Origin: Verrucomicrobiota bacterium | GTDB lineage: Bacteria; Verrucomicrobiota; Verrucomicrobiia; Opitutales; Coraliomargaritaceae | Length of the DNA stretch: 27,386 nt | Reading direction: 5' to 3' | Assembly (NCBI GenBank): GCA_039815375.1 | Contig: JBCBZJ010000032.1 | Coordinates: forward strand, 1-27,386 | Notes under the pieces: generated by a model | Databases searched by the model: none | What the model was told of the DNA's origin: nothing | Seen by the model: only the letters and a program-made list of their open reading frames with translations | Position numbers and translations under genes: made by a program | Shown: positions 9,415 through 19,342 of the stretch, piece after piece | How the letters are laid out: each line of letters starts with the position of its first letter | Numbering within the stretch: the stretch's first letter is position 1

Positions 9415-10914
9415 ATGATAAAGACGTTCCGGTGTATAATGACTCTGCTGTTTGCAGTGTCTGGAGTGAGTGCGGCGACAAGGCCAAACATCATATTTAT
9501 TCTGGTCGATGACATGCCCTGGTGGGGCACTTCGGTTGAACAGCAGGAAGGAAATCCGCAATCGACTTCGATTTATCGAGTGACGCCAAATATTGAGAAG
9601 CTTGCCGCACGCGGCATGACTTTTTCGAATGCCTACGCCGCTGCGGGCATGTGCGCTCCCTCCCGGGCGAGTATCCAGACCGGTCTTTCGCCAGCCCGGC
9701 ACCTGTTCAGTGGCAATGGTAATTTTGGTGATTCAGCACCTTCGGAAGTCTTTTATGGTGATGGCCGCAAGAAATTCCGCAATCAGTTGCTTATGGAGCC
9801 ATCACCGATTGGCACATTGAATAGCGAATTTATCACCATCGGGGAGGCTTTGAAAAAGCAGGGTTATGCCACTGCACACGTCGGTAAATGGCATGTCTAT
9901 GGCGGTGGTCCAGAGCGACACGGATACGATTTAAGCGATGGGGAAACTTCGAATGATGAAGGCAAGCCTACCAGTGATATTGATCCACGGGACCCCAAGC
10001 GCATCTTTAGTATTACTGAAAAAGGGCTCAAATTTGCCGAACAGCAGCATAAGTTAGGCAAGCCGTTTTTCATCCAGCTTTCACACTATGTGGAACACAA
10101 TAAACAGATGTCGCTTCCCGAGACAATGGATTCTTTTCTCGAACTGGAATCAATAAAAGCGATTAAAGAAAAAGCTGCCAGTAAAGAAGCCTCGACCCAT
10201 GGTGCAGCTGTGAAAGACTTGGATACTTCAGTGGGCTTGATTTTGGAGCGCCTCGAGGAATTGGGTATCCGGGAGAACACCTACGTCATCTTTACCTCCG
10301 ATAACGGCAAGGGGCTCTATAATGGAAAGGAGAGCATTCTACGCGGTGACAAGTGGTGGCTATGGGAAGCTGGTATCCGTGTGCCCTTCATGATTGAAGG
10401 ACCAGGTATTCAGCCGGGTAGCCGTTCCTCCGCTAATATCGTAGGTTACGATTTACTACCCACATTCTACGAAATTGCTGGAGGCAAAACCAAAGAACTG
10501 GGTGATATTGATGGTAGCAGCATTTTGTCTCTCTTTACGAATAAACAAACGAGAGCCTTCGCGAACCGTGCTCTGTATTTTCATTATCCACACATGCGCA
10601 CATCGACGCCGCACTCAGCGATCATCAAAGGCGATTACAAGCTTTACACTTTTTACGAGATCCCGGACCAGCCACACTTGTATAAACTTAGTGATGATCT
10701 TGGTGAGGCCAGGAATTTGGCGCTACAAATGCCGGAAAAAACACAGGATATGCTGGGCGAACTCACGACTTACTTTGACCGCGTAGGTGCGTATTTTCCA
10801 AAGCCTAACCCGAATGCAGGTCCAAATATACAGCGTTTCGATCCGGAGAAACAGATGCCACCGCTATCCCGCAAAGTTGTATCCACTAAAGGGAAAAAGA
10901 AGAAGTCGGAGTAA
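9415..10914 (+). CDS. Secreted S1-family sulfatase
   Basis: Signal peptide; motifs PNIIFILVDDM, CAPSRASIQTG, GKWH, FTSDNG and LWEAGIRVP. Confidence 0.95.
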   Translation: MIKTFRCIMTLLFAVSGVSAATRPNIIFILVDDMPWWGTSVEQQEGNPQSTSIYRVTPNIEKLAARGMTFSNAYAAAGMCAPSRASIQTGLSPARHLFSGNGNFGDSAPSEVFYGDGRKKFRNQLLMEPSPIGTLNSEFITIGEALKKQGYATAHVGKWHVYGGGPERHGYDLSDGETSNDEGKPTSDIDPRDPKRIFSITEKGLKFAEQQHKLGKPFFIQLSHYVEHNKQMSLPETMDSFLELESIKAIKEKAASKEASTHGAAVKDLDTSVGLILERLEELGIRENTYVIFTSDNGKGLYNGKESILRGDKWWLWEAGIRVPFMIEGPGIQPGSRSSANIVGYDLLPTFYEIAGGKTKELGDIDGSSILSLFTNKQTRAFANRALYFHYPHMRTSTPHSAIIKGDYKLYTFYEIPDQPHLYKLSDDLGEARNLALQMPEKTQDMLGELTTYFDRVGAYFPKPNPNAGPNIQRFDPEKQMPPLSRKVVSTKGKKKKSE

Positions 10915-11201
10915 AACTACTTTTGCTATTCTAAGGATGCTGAAGCTATCCTTTAGGCCTTGAGAAACACGTCCGTTCCTTATGATTAAGAATCCTTTAT
11001 GGGAATCAGTATGCTTCGATACATGCCCACCTCTTTTCTGGATAAAGTAGGTTATCTTTAGCATATTTAATGTGAGTGTGCTCTGGAAAGTTCTGAAAAG
11101 GAACCCGTGGTATGAGCAGAGAAGATAACATCATTCGTCGATATACTATCTGTCTTAAATTCGAGAACACCTTATCAAGGTTCATTTCGATCTGATTCGG
11201 T

Positions 11202-12638
11202 TTAGAGCTCTGAGTGCTCTTCAGGTTGACCCTTTTTCCAGACCTGACTCTGAACTTCTATTTCCTTGTCCCAGTCCTGTGGTCCAAGCGGATCATAGAT
11301 CGGGTCGAAATCCTGTGCCGGATGATCTTTGATGTAGTTGAAGAGTTCTTTGACTTTTTCTCCGAGTTTCGGGTCGCCGATCAAGTCATTCTCCTCGAAT
11401 GGATCCTTCTCAAGGTCGTATAGTCTGTCCGGTTTGCGTGTCGTGTTAATGTAGAGTTTATAACGAAAGTCTCGGACGACTCGATCGCGGAAGTTAAACT
11501 GGTTCTCGACACTGTTTTCCGTCAACTGTGCCCCGTTGCCTCCGCCCATAGAGAGGTTGAATTTACGAGGACCCATTCTGGAGCTTCCGTAAAAGACGTC
11601 CACCAGTGAATGGCCATCGTAGGTGTAGTTCGGGTCGACTGAGCTTCCAGCCAGATTTGTGAATGTCGGTAGCATGTCGACGATATTGGCTGGTGCTTTT
11701 GAAATGGCATCCTGCGGAACAGAGCCGGGTTGAGAAATGATAAAAGGCATACAGGCACCCGCTTCACTGTAACGGGTTTTGGCACCTTTGACTTTTACGC
11801 CATTGATTGTTCCTGCGATCTGGTCAGCCGTTCCGTTATCCGTCGTAAACACAAAGAGGGTGTTTTCCCGAAGACCAAACTTCTCTGCCGCATCGACCAG
11901 CTTACCTACCATTTTGTCGGCGTAGCGAACCATCGCCAGATGCTGACCGAGTTTTCCCTCCGCATTTGGTTCGTTCGGGGTGGCCACCAAGGGTGTGTGG
12001 GGTAGGCACATCGCATAGTAGAGGAACATTGGTTGATCCTTATGCTCTTTCATGAAGTTTACTAAGAAGTCAGTAAAGACGTCTTCTCCGAACCGGTCTA
12101 CATAGGTTTTGCTTCCTTCTTTTGTATGGATGTAGGGGTCATAGTAACGTTTCTTGCTAGCCTTTACGCCAGTTTCGAAACCGGTCCACATGCAATAGTC
12201 GTCGTAACCGTGCAGTTGCATGGCATTTGGTTGCACACGAAAGTCGTTTACCTGCCACTTGCCGGCAGCAGCCGTTTTGTAGCCAGCATTCCGAAGATTT
12301 TTGGCAATACTTGGATTCTTGTTTGGGTCGTAGTGGATCCCTCCGCCCCAGCGCGGAACATCCCAGTGGTTCACCCAACCATGGCGAAAGGGGTATTGAC
12401 CTGTGGCAAATGAAAGCCGTGTTGGTGTGCACTGTGGCATGACGTAAAAATTTTCAAAGCGCATACCTTCTGAAGCAAGTTGATCAATGCGTGGCGTTTC
12501 GATATCGGTCGCGCCGTAGGCACTGATCCACTCCTTGCCCAAGTCATCCATTAAGATGAAGATGATGTTGGGTTTGCGTGCTTCCGCGTAGAGTAAACAG
12601 AATAGAATCAGGACAATACTGGTGAGGGCTTTTTTCAT
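11202..12638 (-). CDS. Secreted S1-family sulfatase
   Basis: Motifs PNIIFILMDDLGKE, CTPTRLSFATG, GKWQ and FTTDNGT. The start is moved from 12689 to ATG 12638, giving the signal peptide MKKALTSIVLILFCLLYAEA. Confidence 0.95.
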   Translation of the reverse strand: MKKALTSIVLILFCLLYAEARKPNIIFILMDDLGKEWISAYGATDIETPRIDQLASEGMRFENFYVMPQCTPTRLSFATGQYPFRHGWVNHWDVPRWGGGIHYDPNKNPSIAKNLRNAGYKTAAAGKWQVNDFRVQPNAMQLHGYDDYCMWTGFETGVKASKKRYYDPYIHTKEGSKTYVDRFGEDVFTDFLVNFMKEHKDQPMFLYYAMCLPHTPLVATPNEPNAEGKLGQHLAMVRYADKMVGKLVDAAEKFGLRENTLFVFTTDNGTADQIAGTINGVKVKGAKTRYSEAGACMPFIISQPGSVPQDAISKAPANIVDMLPTFTNLAGSSVDPNYTYDGHSLVDVFYGSSRMGPRKFNLSMGGGNGAQLTENSVENQFNFRDRVVRDFRYKLYINTTRKPDRLYDLEKDPFEENDLIGDPKLGEKVKELFNYIKDHPAQDFDPIYDPLGPQDWDKEIEVQSQVWKKGQPEEHSEL

Positions 12639-12799
12639 TTCTCTAAGGCGCCACTCATTGGTGTGGTCGAAGTAAGCTTCACTTACCAATTGTTTTTAGT
12701 GTGTGAACTTATAGTAAAGCGGGGTGTGTTCAGCTGACGTTTAGATTCTAGATAAAGGTTAGTCCTTTCAAGAATGTTTGTGGTGAGGGCACTCTCTCG

Positions 12800-13573
12800 C
12801 TACAATCGTGGCAAAGTGAGCCCACCATCCACGAGTATAGTCTGGCCGGTCGAGTAGGGGAATTCGCCTTTGGCAAGAGCACTCACCGCTTTGCCAACGT
12901 CCTCTGGAAGGCCCCAGCGTTTCGTCACGCAAAGCCCGTCTTCGATGAGCTTATCATATTTATCTGTTACGCTGCTGGTCATATCGGTTTTTGTCACACC
13001 TGGTCGGACTTCGTAAACGGGAATGTCATATTCTCCTAATCGGGCTGCGAATAGAGCAGTCATCATTGCGATACCCGCTTTGGCTACGCAATATTCGCCA
13101 CGGTTGACCGAGGCGACTGTGGCAGAGATTGAACCGATATTGATAATTGAAAAGAAATCTTTGTTATCGTTAGTCTTTTGCTCGATCATCCAGCTGGCAG
13201 CAGCCTGGGTCAGAAAGTAGGGGCCCTTCAGGTTTGTGCCGACCACGTAATCGAAGCTTTCTTCGTTAGCCTCAAGGATGTCTTTTCTTTCCTTTGGTGC
13301 AACTCCGGCGTTGTTGACCAAAACGTTGAGTTTACCAAAGTGTTTTTTGATTTTTGCAAGTATAGCCTTTCGAGTATTCGCTGAACTGATGTCACCTTGA
13401 CAGTACAGGACATCGGCACCGAAATCCTTAAGTAACTTGATCGGTTCAGAAATGGCTAACTCGTCGCGTAAACCGTTAATGGCAATATCAAACCCTGATT
13501 CGACTAGCTTTGCAGCGCAGCCGAAGCCAATGCCTCGACTGCCACCTGTAATAAATGCGACTGGTTTACTCAT
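12800..13573 (-). CDS. SDR-family oxidoreductase (3-ketoacyl-ACP-reductase-like, probably acting on a sugar)
   Basis: TGGSRGIG, LVNNAG, catalytic YCVAK and terminal VDGG motifs. Confidence 0.92.
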   Translation of the reverse strand: MSKPVAFITGGSRGIGFGCAAKLVESGFDIAINGLRDELAISEPIKLLKDFGADVLYCQGDISSANTRKAILAKIKKHFGKLNVLVNNAGVAPKERKDILEANEESFDYVVGTNLKGPYFLTQAAASWMIEQKTNDNKDFFSIINIGSISATVASVNRGEYCVAKAGIAMMTALFAARLGEYDIPVYEVRPGVTKTDMTSSVTDKYDKLIEDGLCVTKRWGLPEDVGKAVSALAKGEFPYSTGQTILVDGGLTLPRL

Positions 13574-13575
13574 TG

Positions 13576-14727
13576 CTATGCTTTTAGTTCGGGTAGCTCA
13601 ATCCACTTGCGTTCATCGGAGCTTTGCAGGCCAAGCTCAGCGAGTTGCACGCCCTTTGCGCCTTCAAGTAGGTTCCAGGGGAAGGGCTCGTCGAGCACGA
13701 CGTGGCGCAAAAACAATTCCCACTGGATTTTAAAAGCATTTTCGTAGGTCTCTTGCTCCGGCACCTTCTGCCAACTATTCATGAAATCGATGGGTTGTGG
13801 TATATCAGGATTCCAAACTGGTCGAGGTGTATTACCATAGTGCTGTGTCCAAACATCACGTAGGCCGACGATCGCGGATCCTTTTGTGCCATCGACTTGT
13901 ATCGTGAGTAGGTCGTCACGACGGACACGAACGTTCCATGAAGAGTTGAAGTGGCAAACAACACCATTCTCGAGTTCGAAGGTGGAGTAGGCTGAGTCGT
14001 CCGCTGTGCACCTATAAGCCTTTCCTTCTTCATCGATACGTTCAGGGATATGGGTGGTCGCAAGGCAGGAGACACGCTTCACTTTACCAAAGAGATTATC
14101 CATGACGTAGCGCCAGTGGCAGAGCATGTCGATAGCGATGCCGCCACCGTCCTCCTTACGATAGTTCCACGATGGGCGTTGTCCCGGCACAGAGTGGCCT
14201 TCGAAGACCCAATATCCGAATTCACCGCGTACAGAGATAATTTCACCAAAGAATTCGTTTTCAACAAGACGCTTGAATTTCACCATACCCGGAAGCCAGA
14301 GCTTATCCTGAACGACGCCATTCTTTACACCTGCGTCCCGGCAGACTTTGTAGAGCTCGTAGGCGTCAGCAGTCTTGATCGCAGTGGGCTTTTCGCAGTA
14401 GACGTGCTTTCCTGCGGTGGCAGCAGACTTAACTGCTTCAAAGCGGCGGAGGGTGGTCTGTGCATCAAAGTAAATCGGGTAGGTTGGATCGGCCATCACG
14501 CTATCGAGATCAGTCGTGTATTTCTCGACACTCGACTGAGCGATCAAGGCCTTCAGTTTGTCTTCATTGCGGCCGACAAGGATCGGGTCCGGCACAATGC
14601 ACTCAGTTGGGCTGACTTTAATGCCGCCTTGCTTAATGATAGCGTCGACCGAACGAAGCAGATGCTGATTAGCACCCATGCGTCCGGTGACGCCGTTCAT
14701 AATGATACCGATCGTATGTGTCTTCAT
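13576..14727 (-). CDS. Gfo/Idh/MocA-family NAD(P)-dependent oxidoreductase
   Basis: N-terminal Rossmann segment [22 protein letters not shown] and [11 protein letters not shown]. Confidence 0.92.
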   Translation of the reverse strand: MKTHTIGIIMNGVTGRMGANQHLLRSVDAIIKQGGIKVSPTECIVPDPILVGRNEDKLKALIAQSSVEKYTTDLDSVMADPTYPIYFDAQTTLRRFEAVKSAATAGKHVYCEKPTAIKTADAYELYKVCRDAGVKNGVVQDKLWLPGMVKFKRLVENEFFGEIISVRGEFGYWVFEGHSVPGQRPSWNYRKEDGGGIAIDMLCHWRYVMDNLFGKVKRVSCLATTHIPERIDEEGKAYRCTADDSAYSTFELENGVVCHFNSSWNVRVRRDDLLTIQVDGTKGSAIVGLRDVWTQHYGNTPRPVWNPDIPQPIDFMNSWQKVPEQETYENAFKIQWELFLRHVVLDEPFPWNLLEGAKGVQLAELGLQSSDERKWIELPELKA

Positions 14728-14755
14728 AAGTCTTCAAGCTAACTGGTTAACGAGC

Positions 14756-15568
14756 TTAGAGCTGCTGTTTGTAGGCCGCCGCTATCTTCTCAAGATATTC
14801 GTCCTGGTTGCTTTCCCAATGGCGGGTCGAAAAGACTTCAACCTCAATAGCGCCTTCAAAACCTGCGCTCTCAACGAGCTTGCGGATACCGCGATTGTCG
14901 ATGCATCCTTCGCCCATGAGGCCACGGTCGTTAAGTATGTCAGTAGTTGGCGTCATCCAGTCACAGACATGGAATCCGATAATACGCTTACCGGCACGCT
15001 TGATTTCATGTTCGAGTTTCGGATCCCACCAGATGTGATACACATCGGCTGCGATGCCGACCCATTCGTCGCCGAGTTGGTCAATCATATCGTTACATTG
15101 GCCGATCGTATTTACGGCACTGCGACAGTCGGCATACATAGGGTGAAGTGGCTCGATGGAAAGCATGACATCGACTTGACTCGCGTGATCGATCAAACAG
15201 GCGATACCTTCCGTGATATGGCGGCGATTTTCGAAAAGGCTGAGTTCCGGTTTTGCACCGCAGACGAGAACGACTTGCGGTGCACCGATGGCAGCGGCCT
15301 CGTCGAGAGCTCTTTTGTTATCGTCAAGGACAGCCCGTTTCTCGGTTTCATCCAAGTAAGGATAGAAGCCGCTCCGAACAAGAGAGACTGCGTTTAGCCC
15401 ATGGTCATTCAGCATCCTTCTGCTTTCGGTGAGCGGACGACCGTCAAGCCACTGACGCCAGAGTCCGACTCCCGGCACACCGGCGGCAGAATACTTTGCA
15501 CAAGCTGTGGGGAGGTCCCACGGTTTGGTCGTCATGGTGTGGATGGCTAGCCGCTTTAGATTTTCCAC
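14756..15568 (-). CDS. Sugar phosphate isomerase/epimerase (xylose-isomerase-like TIM barrel, AP-endonuclease-2 family)
   Basis: Metal-ligand motifs LSIEPLHP, DVYH, FHVCD, RGLMGEG and IEVEVF. Start is GTG 15568 or TTG 15574. Confidence 0.88.
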   Translation of the reverse strand: MENLKRLAIHTMTTKPWDLPTACAKYSAAGVPGVGLWRQWLDGRPLTESRRMLNDHGLNAVSLVRSGFYPYLDETEKRAVLDDNKRALDEAAAIGAPQVVLVCGAKPELSLFENRRHITEGIACLIDHASQVDVMLSIEPLHPMYADCRSAVNTIGQCNDMIDQLGDEWVGIAADVYHIWWDPKLEHEIKRAGKRIIGFHVCDWMTPTTDILNDRGLMGEGCIDNRGIRKLVESAGFEGAIEVEVFSTRHWESNQDEYLEKIAAAYKQQL

Positions 15569-15570
15569 GA

Positions 15571-16107
15571 TCAAAAGCGATGGGTTTTCTCAATATGAAT
15601 GATGGTCATCTCACTGTCTTCTAGGATTTCGTAACTGTGCTCAAGAGCGGCGTCGAATTTCAATGCATGTCCTGGTCCGAGGATATGCTTCTCGCGAGGT
15701 AGAGAAATACGGATACGCCCTTTTCGGAGCCAGCAGATCTCGAATTCGTCACCGTGGGCCTCTGGTTTGCTCAGAGAATCACCTGCCTTTGCGGTAGCTC
15801 GAAAACATGAGATACCTTTAAACTGAACCCGCTCAAAGATAAAGGGGCCAGATTCGTAGAATTGTGCTTCCTCAGACTGCGCGGAGCAGGACTCAGCCAA
15901 ACTCAATAAATCAGTTGCAGAGAGATGAAAGACACGAGCCAGTCGATAGAGGGTATCAAGCTCGATCATGTTCTGGTTTCGCTCGAGCTTAGATAAGCCT
16001 GCAATCGATACACCCGATTTCTGTGACACGTCCTCCAGAGTCATCCCTGCGCGTTTCCTTAGATCGCGAACAATAGAAAAATCGAGGGTCAATTCTTGAG
16101 GTTTCAC
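15571..16107 (-). CDS. XRE-family HTH regulator with C-terminal cupin domain
   Basis: HTH segment VRDLRKRAGMTLEDVSQKSGVSIAGLSKLERN; cupin motifs EAHGDEFEICW and LGPGHALKFDAALEHSY. Confidence 0.9.
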   Translation of the reverse strand: MKPQELTLDFSIVRDLRKRAGMTLEDVSQKSGVSIAGLSKLERNQNMIELDTLYRLARVFHLSATDLLSLAESCSAQSEEAQFYESGPFIFERVQFKGISCFRATAKAGDSLSKPEAHGDEFEICWLRKGRIRISLPREKHILGPGHALKFDAALEHSYEILEDSEMTIIHIEKTHRF

Positions 16108-16129
16108 GACTTCTTATTTGGTTTGAAAG

Positions 16130-16155
16130 AAAAATAAATAAACTTATTTATTTTT
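16130..16155. promoter_or_regulatory. Perfect 12-bp inverted repeat in the divergent promoter region, candidate operator
   Basis: AAAAATAAATAA-ac-TTATTTATTTTT in the 73-bp gap between the regulator and the flavoprotein gene. Confidence 0.5.
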
Positions 16156-16180
16156 AAAAGTAAAAAAATGATCATAAACT

Positions 16181-18274
16181 ATGGCTAAAACTGCCCAGAA
16201 AAGCGAAGGTTTTGATACAATTCCTCAGGAGATACTGGATCGTTTGACCCGTGTGGATATGCCTTCCGTTCGCGGTATCCAGCCATCGGACGAGACTCTG
16301 TTGGTTTCCGGAGTCACCGTGCCGGTCTATCGGTGCGAAGCGCTTGTTCTCGGTAGCGGTGCGTCTGGTATGCGCTCTGCGGTCGAGCTAAAACGGAGAG
16401 GTATCGATGTCCTTGTGGCCAGCACAGGTCTCTTCGCCGGCACCTCAGCCTGTTCGGGCTCTGACAAGCAAACGCTCTATACCGCCAGCACGGATTACAA
16501 AGGTGACGACTTTGTCAAATATGCGGAGAACCTATGTGCTGGTGGTGCGATGAACTTCTCAACTGCATATATCGAAGCTGTCGGTTCGATTGATGCAATC
16601 GGTGGGCTTCAGTTTGTCGGCCTGCCTTTACCGCAAGATGATCATGGAGCGATTTTACGCTACCAGACCGACCATGACGAAGCTGGGCGTGCCACGAGCT
16701 GTGGACCGCGAACGTCTAAACTTATGGTCAAAGTGCTCTTTGATGAAGCGCTGATGCTGGGTGTCCGTATTTTACCAAGTTGCAGCGGTATACGTATCGT
16801 CAAGGAAACGAGAGATGGCAGCGAGCGCGTTATCGGTATGATTGCATTGCATCGTGAAGAAAAGCGAAACGCATATGGGCTGGTTTTCATTCAATGCGAA
16901 AGCCTTGTTATTGCAACGGGCGGTCCCGGTGAACTCTATCGTGATAGTGTCTACCCACATCATTGTCATGGGGGTCTAGGTATTGCCCTCGAAGCGGGCA
17001 TTAAGTTGACCAACCTGACTGAGAGCCAGTTCGGTATCGGCACGCCACGGACTAAGTTTCCCTGGAACTTATCCGGAACCTATGTTCAGGTTATGCCAAG
17101 GGTTTACTCAGTCGGCAAAGATGGCAAAGAAATTAATTTTCTAAAGCGTTATTATCGAACCACTCAAGAGATCGCCTCCAATATTTTCCGCAAGGGCTAT
17201 CAGTGGCCGTTTCATTCGATGCGCATGTTGGATTTCGGCTCTAGTCTTTTTGATTTGGCCATTTTCCTTGAGCGTCAGGCAGGTCGAAAGGTTTACCTGG
17301 ATTTCCTACATAATCCTGAGCCCGTTGATGAGGGCGGGGAGTTCTCACTTGATGAGCTTGATTCTGATGTGCGTGCTTACCTCGAAAAGAGCGAAGCACT
17401 TTACGATTTGCCGATTGATCGGCTACGCTGTATGAATCCCTTGGCAATTGAGCTCTACAAGATGCATGGAACTGATCTGACAAAGGAGCCACTTGAGTTT
17501 GGGATGAACAATCAGCATATGAATGGAGGTATCCTGATAGATGACTGGGGGCAGACCAGTCTCGACGGTTGCTACGCTATTGGTGAGGCCGCCGGTAGTC
17601 ATGGTGTGACGCGTCCGGGAGGAGCAGCACTCAATTCGGGTCAGGTCTTTGGTAAACGCGTTGCGATTGCGATTAAGCGTTCGCGTATTGAAAGGAAGTG
17701 GGTTTCTCCAAAGTGCTTAAATATCGAAAAAGCGATTGATTGCGCTCTTACAGATGCAGAAAGCTACACCAAAAACGATGGAGGTCTTTTGTCGAAGGAG
17801 GTGAAAAGAGACATACAGGCCCGGATGAGTGACTCAGCGGGTATAATCTGTTCAGGTTCTGATGTCAGAAAAGCACTGGGATCGGCACGCGCACTCCGGG
17901 AAAAGGTAGAGTCCGAGGGATTTGAGGTAAGCTCTGCGTCTCTAGTTGGACAGGCATTTCGTTGGAAGCATATGGTTTATGTTTCCGAGGCCGTTCTGAC
18001 TGCACTCGACTACTACATCGAAAATGGTGGCGGCAGCCGGGGGGCACGTGTTATTTGTTCAGAGGAAGGCATGCATTGCCCGGAAGCATATATTGAGGAT
18101 TTAAGTCGTTTCCGTTTCATTGAAGAACGGACGCAAGACAGAGAAGTAAAACTGGTGGTCCATCTTGAGGGCAGTAAATTTGTAGTGAGCTCACATCGGG
18201 TAGACCTAAGTCCGAAAGTTCAGCGCGAGTTTTTCGAAAAAGGCTGGGGGTACTACTTAAAGAAAGAAGGCTGA
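16181..18274 (+). CDS. FAD-binding oxidoreductase of the SdhA/FrdA/NadB flavoprotein superfamily, standalone
   Basis: Motifs LVLGSGASG, LVIATGGPG, QHMNGGI and YAIGEAAGSHGVTRPGG. No Fe-S or membrane-anchor subunit genes are adjacent. Confidence 0.85.
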   Translation: MAKTAQKSEGFDTIPQEILDRLTRVDMPSVRGIQPSDETLLVSGVTVPVYRCEALVLGSGASGMRSAVELKRRGIDVLVASTGLFAGTSACSGSDKQTLYTASTDYKGDDFVKYAENLCAGGAMNFSTAYIEAVGSIDAIGGLQFVGLPLPQDDHGAILRYQTDHDEAGRATSCGPRTSKLMVKVLFDEALMLGVRILPSCSGIRIVKETRDGSERVIGMIALHREEKRNAYGLVFIQCESLVIATGGPGELYRDSVYPHHCHGGLGIALEAGIKLTNLTESQFGIGTPRTKFPWNLSGTYVQVMPRVYSVGKDGKEINFLKRYYRTTQEIASNIFRKGYQWPFHSMRMLDFGSSLFDLAIFLERQAGRKVYLDFLHNPEPVDEGGEFSLDELDSDVRAYLEKSEALYDLPIDRLRCMNPLAIELYKMHGTDLTKEPLEFGMNNQHMNGGILIDDWGQTSLDGCYAIGEAAGSHGVTRPGGAALNSGQVFGKRVAIAIKRSRIERKWVSPKCLNIEKAIDCALTDAESYTKNDGGLLSKEVKRDIQARMSDSAGIICSGSDVRKALGSARALREKVESEGFEVSSASLVGQAFRWKHMVYVSEAVLTALDYYIENGGGSRGARVICSEEGMHCPEAYIEDLSRFRFIEERTQDREVKLVVHLEGSKFVVSSHRVDLSPKVQREFFEKGWGYYLKKEG

Positions 18275-18317
18275 GTAATTTTGGAGGCACTTCCGCGTTC
18301 AAGAAGGTGCTTTTTCT

Positions 18318-19193
18318 ATGGATTCCTACGCACTCAACACGATCATTGCTGCGCTGATTTATTCGCTTGCAGCCATATTCTCCAAAGCTGCTCTGGAGAA
18401 GGGGTGTGGCGTTCTTCGTCTTTCCTTCCTGATCAATCAGATATTCGTTCTGGTATTTTGTGCCACTCTCGGATGGAATATGGAGCCATTTGCCTGGTCC
18501 CAAATTCACCTTCCGGTCTTCGCTGGTCTGCTGTTCTTTATTGGACAGATCTTTACTTTTGCGGCGATTCGAATAGGCGATGTCAGCCTGCAAACTCCGG
18601 TAATGGGAACGAAGGCGGTCTTTGTCGCCATTATCGCGATTGTATTCGGATTAGAGGAAGTATCCTGGAAAATCGGTTTTGCAACGATTGTCGCTGCCCT
18701 TGCGGTTGCTTTACTAGGATTCTCGGAAGGTGCTAAAAAACGCTTGTGTTTGACAATTCTGCTGAGCCTCCTGAGTGCACTCAGTTTTGCAGGTTCGGAT
18801 CAAATGGTGGGTGTGTTCGGAGCTTACTTCGGCAAGAATTCATTCCTTATCATTACGATTGTGGTAAATGCACTCCTGTCGTTCGGTATGATTCCTTTTT
18901 TCAACGCACCACTTCGAGCGATTCCGGGGAAATCTCTTGTGTGGGCGGTTGCTGCAGCTTTAGGAATGGGCCTTCAAGCGGTCATTCTCAACTACACGTT
19001 GGCTGCATCCGGCGAGGTTGTTGCGGTTAATATCATCTACAGCTTACGAGGACTTTTCAGTGTCATTCTCGGGCTTTTAGTAGGGTTTATATTCGCCATA
19101 CAAATCGAGCATATGTCTTGGCGATCCAGAATACAGCGTATCGTTGGTGCCTTGCTTATCTCACTTGCTGTGGTGATTGCTCTATGTGCTTGA
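18318..19193 (+). CDS. DMT/EamA-family transporter
   Basis: 291 aa with about ten hydrophobic segments in two repeats; EamA-like segments AAIFSKAAL and FTFAAIRIGDVS...P. Confidence 0.85.
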   Translation: MDSYALNTIIAALIYSLAAIFSKAALEKGCGVLRLSFLINQIFVLVFCATLGWNMEPFAWSQIHLPVFAGLLFFIGQIFTFAAIRIGDVSLQTPVMGTKAVFVAIIAIVFGLEEVSWKIGFATIVAALAVALLGFSEGAKKRLCLTILLSLLSALSFAGSDQMVGVFGAYFGKNSFLIITIVVNALLSFGMIPFFNAPLRAIPGKSLVWAVAAALGMGLQAVILNYTLAASGEVVAVNIIYSLRGLFSVILGLLVGFIFAIQIEHMSWRSRIQRIVGALLISLAVVIALCA

Positions 19194-19342
19194 AAAAGCC
19201 TGCACGATTTATTTTGAAGTAATGCTTTGAGAGGCTGTTAGCTTCTTAGATATGGAGCAATGGCCAAAGTTAACCGGAACCGATTTGCCTGATTGAACAC
19301 CATTTTATCTCCTTTATCCATGCAGACAGGTTGGATTTTAAG

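Noticed and set aside
10915..11201. Possible pseudogene or sRNA in the convergent gap, including the 66-aa ORF 10864..11064
   Set aside because: No recognisable homology, repeat or stable structure by eye.
14050..15397. Two long plus-strand ORFs (230 and 239 aa)
   Set aside because: Antisense shadows of the well-supported Gfo/Idh/MocA and isomerase genes.
12800..18274. Naming the SDR fabG and the flavoprotein sdhA or nadB
   Set aside because: There is no fatty-acid, sdhBC or nadAC context, and the flavoprotein lacks the covalent-FAD His motif.
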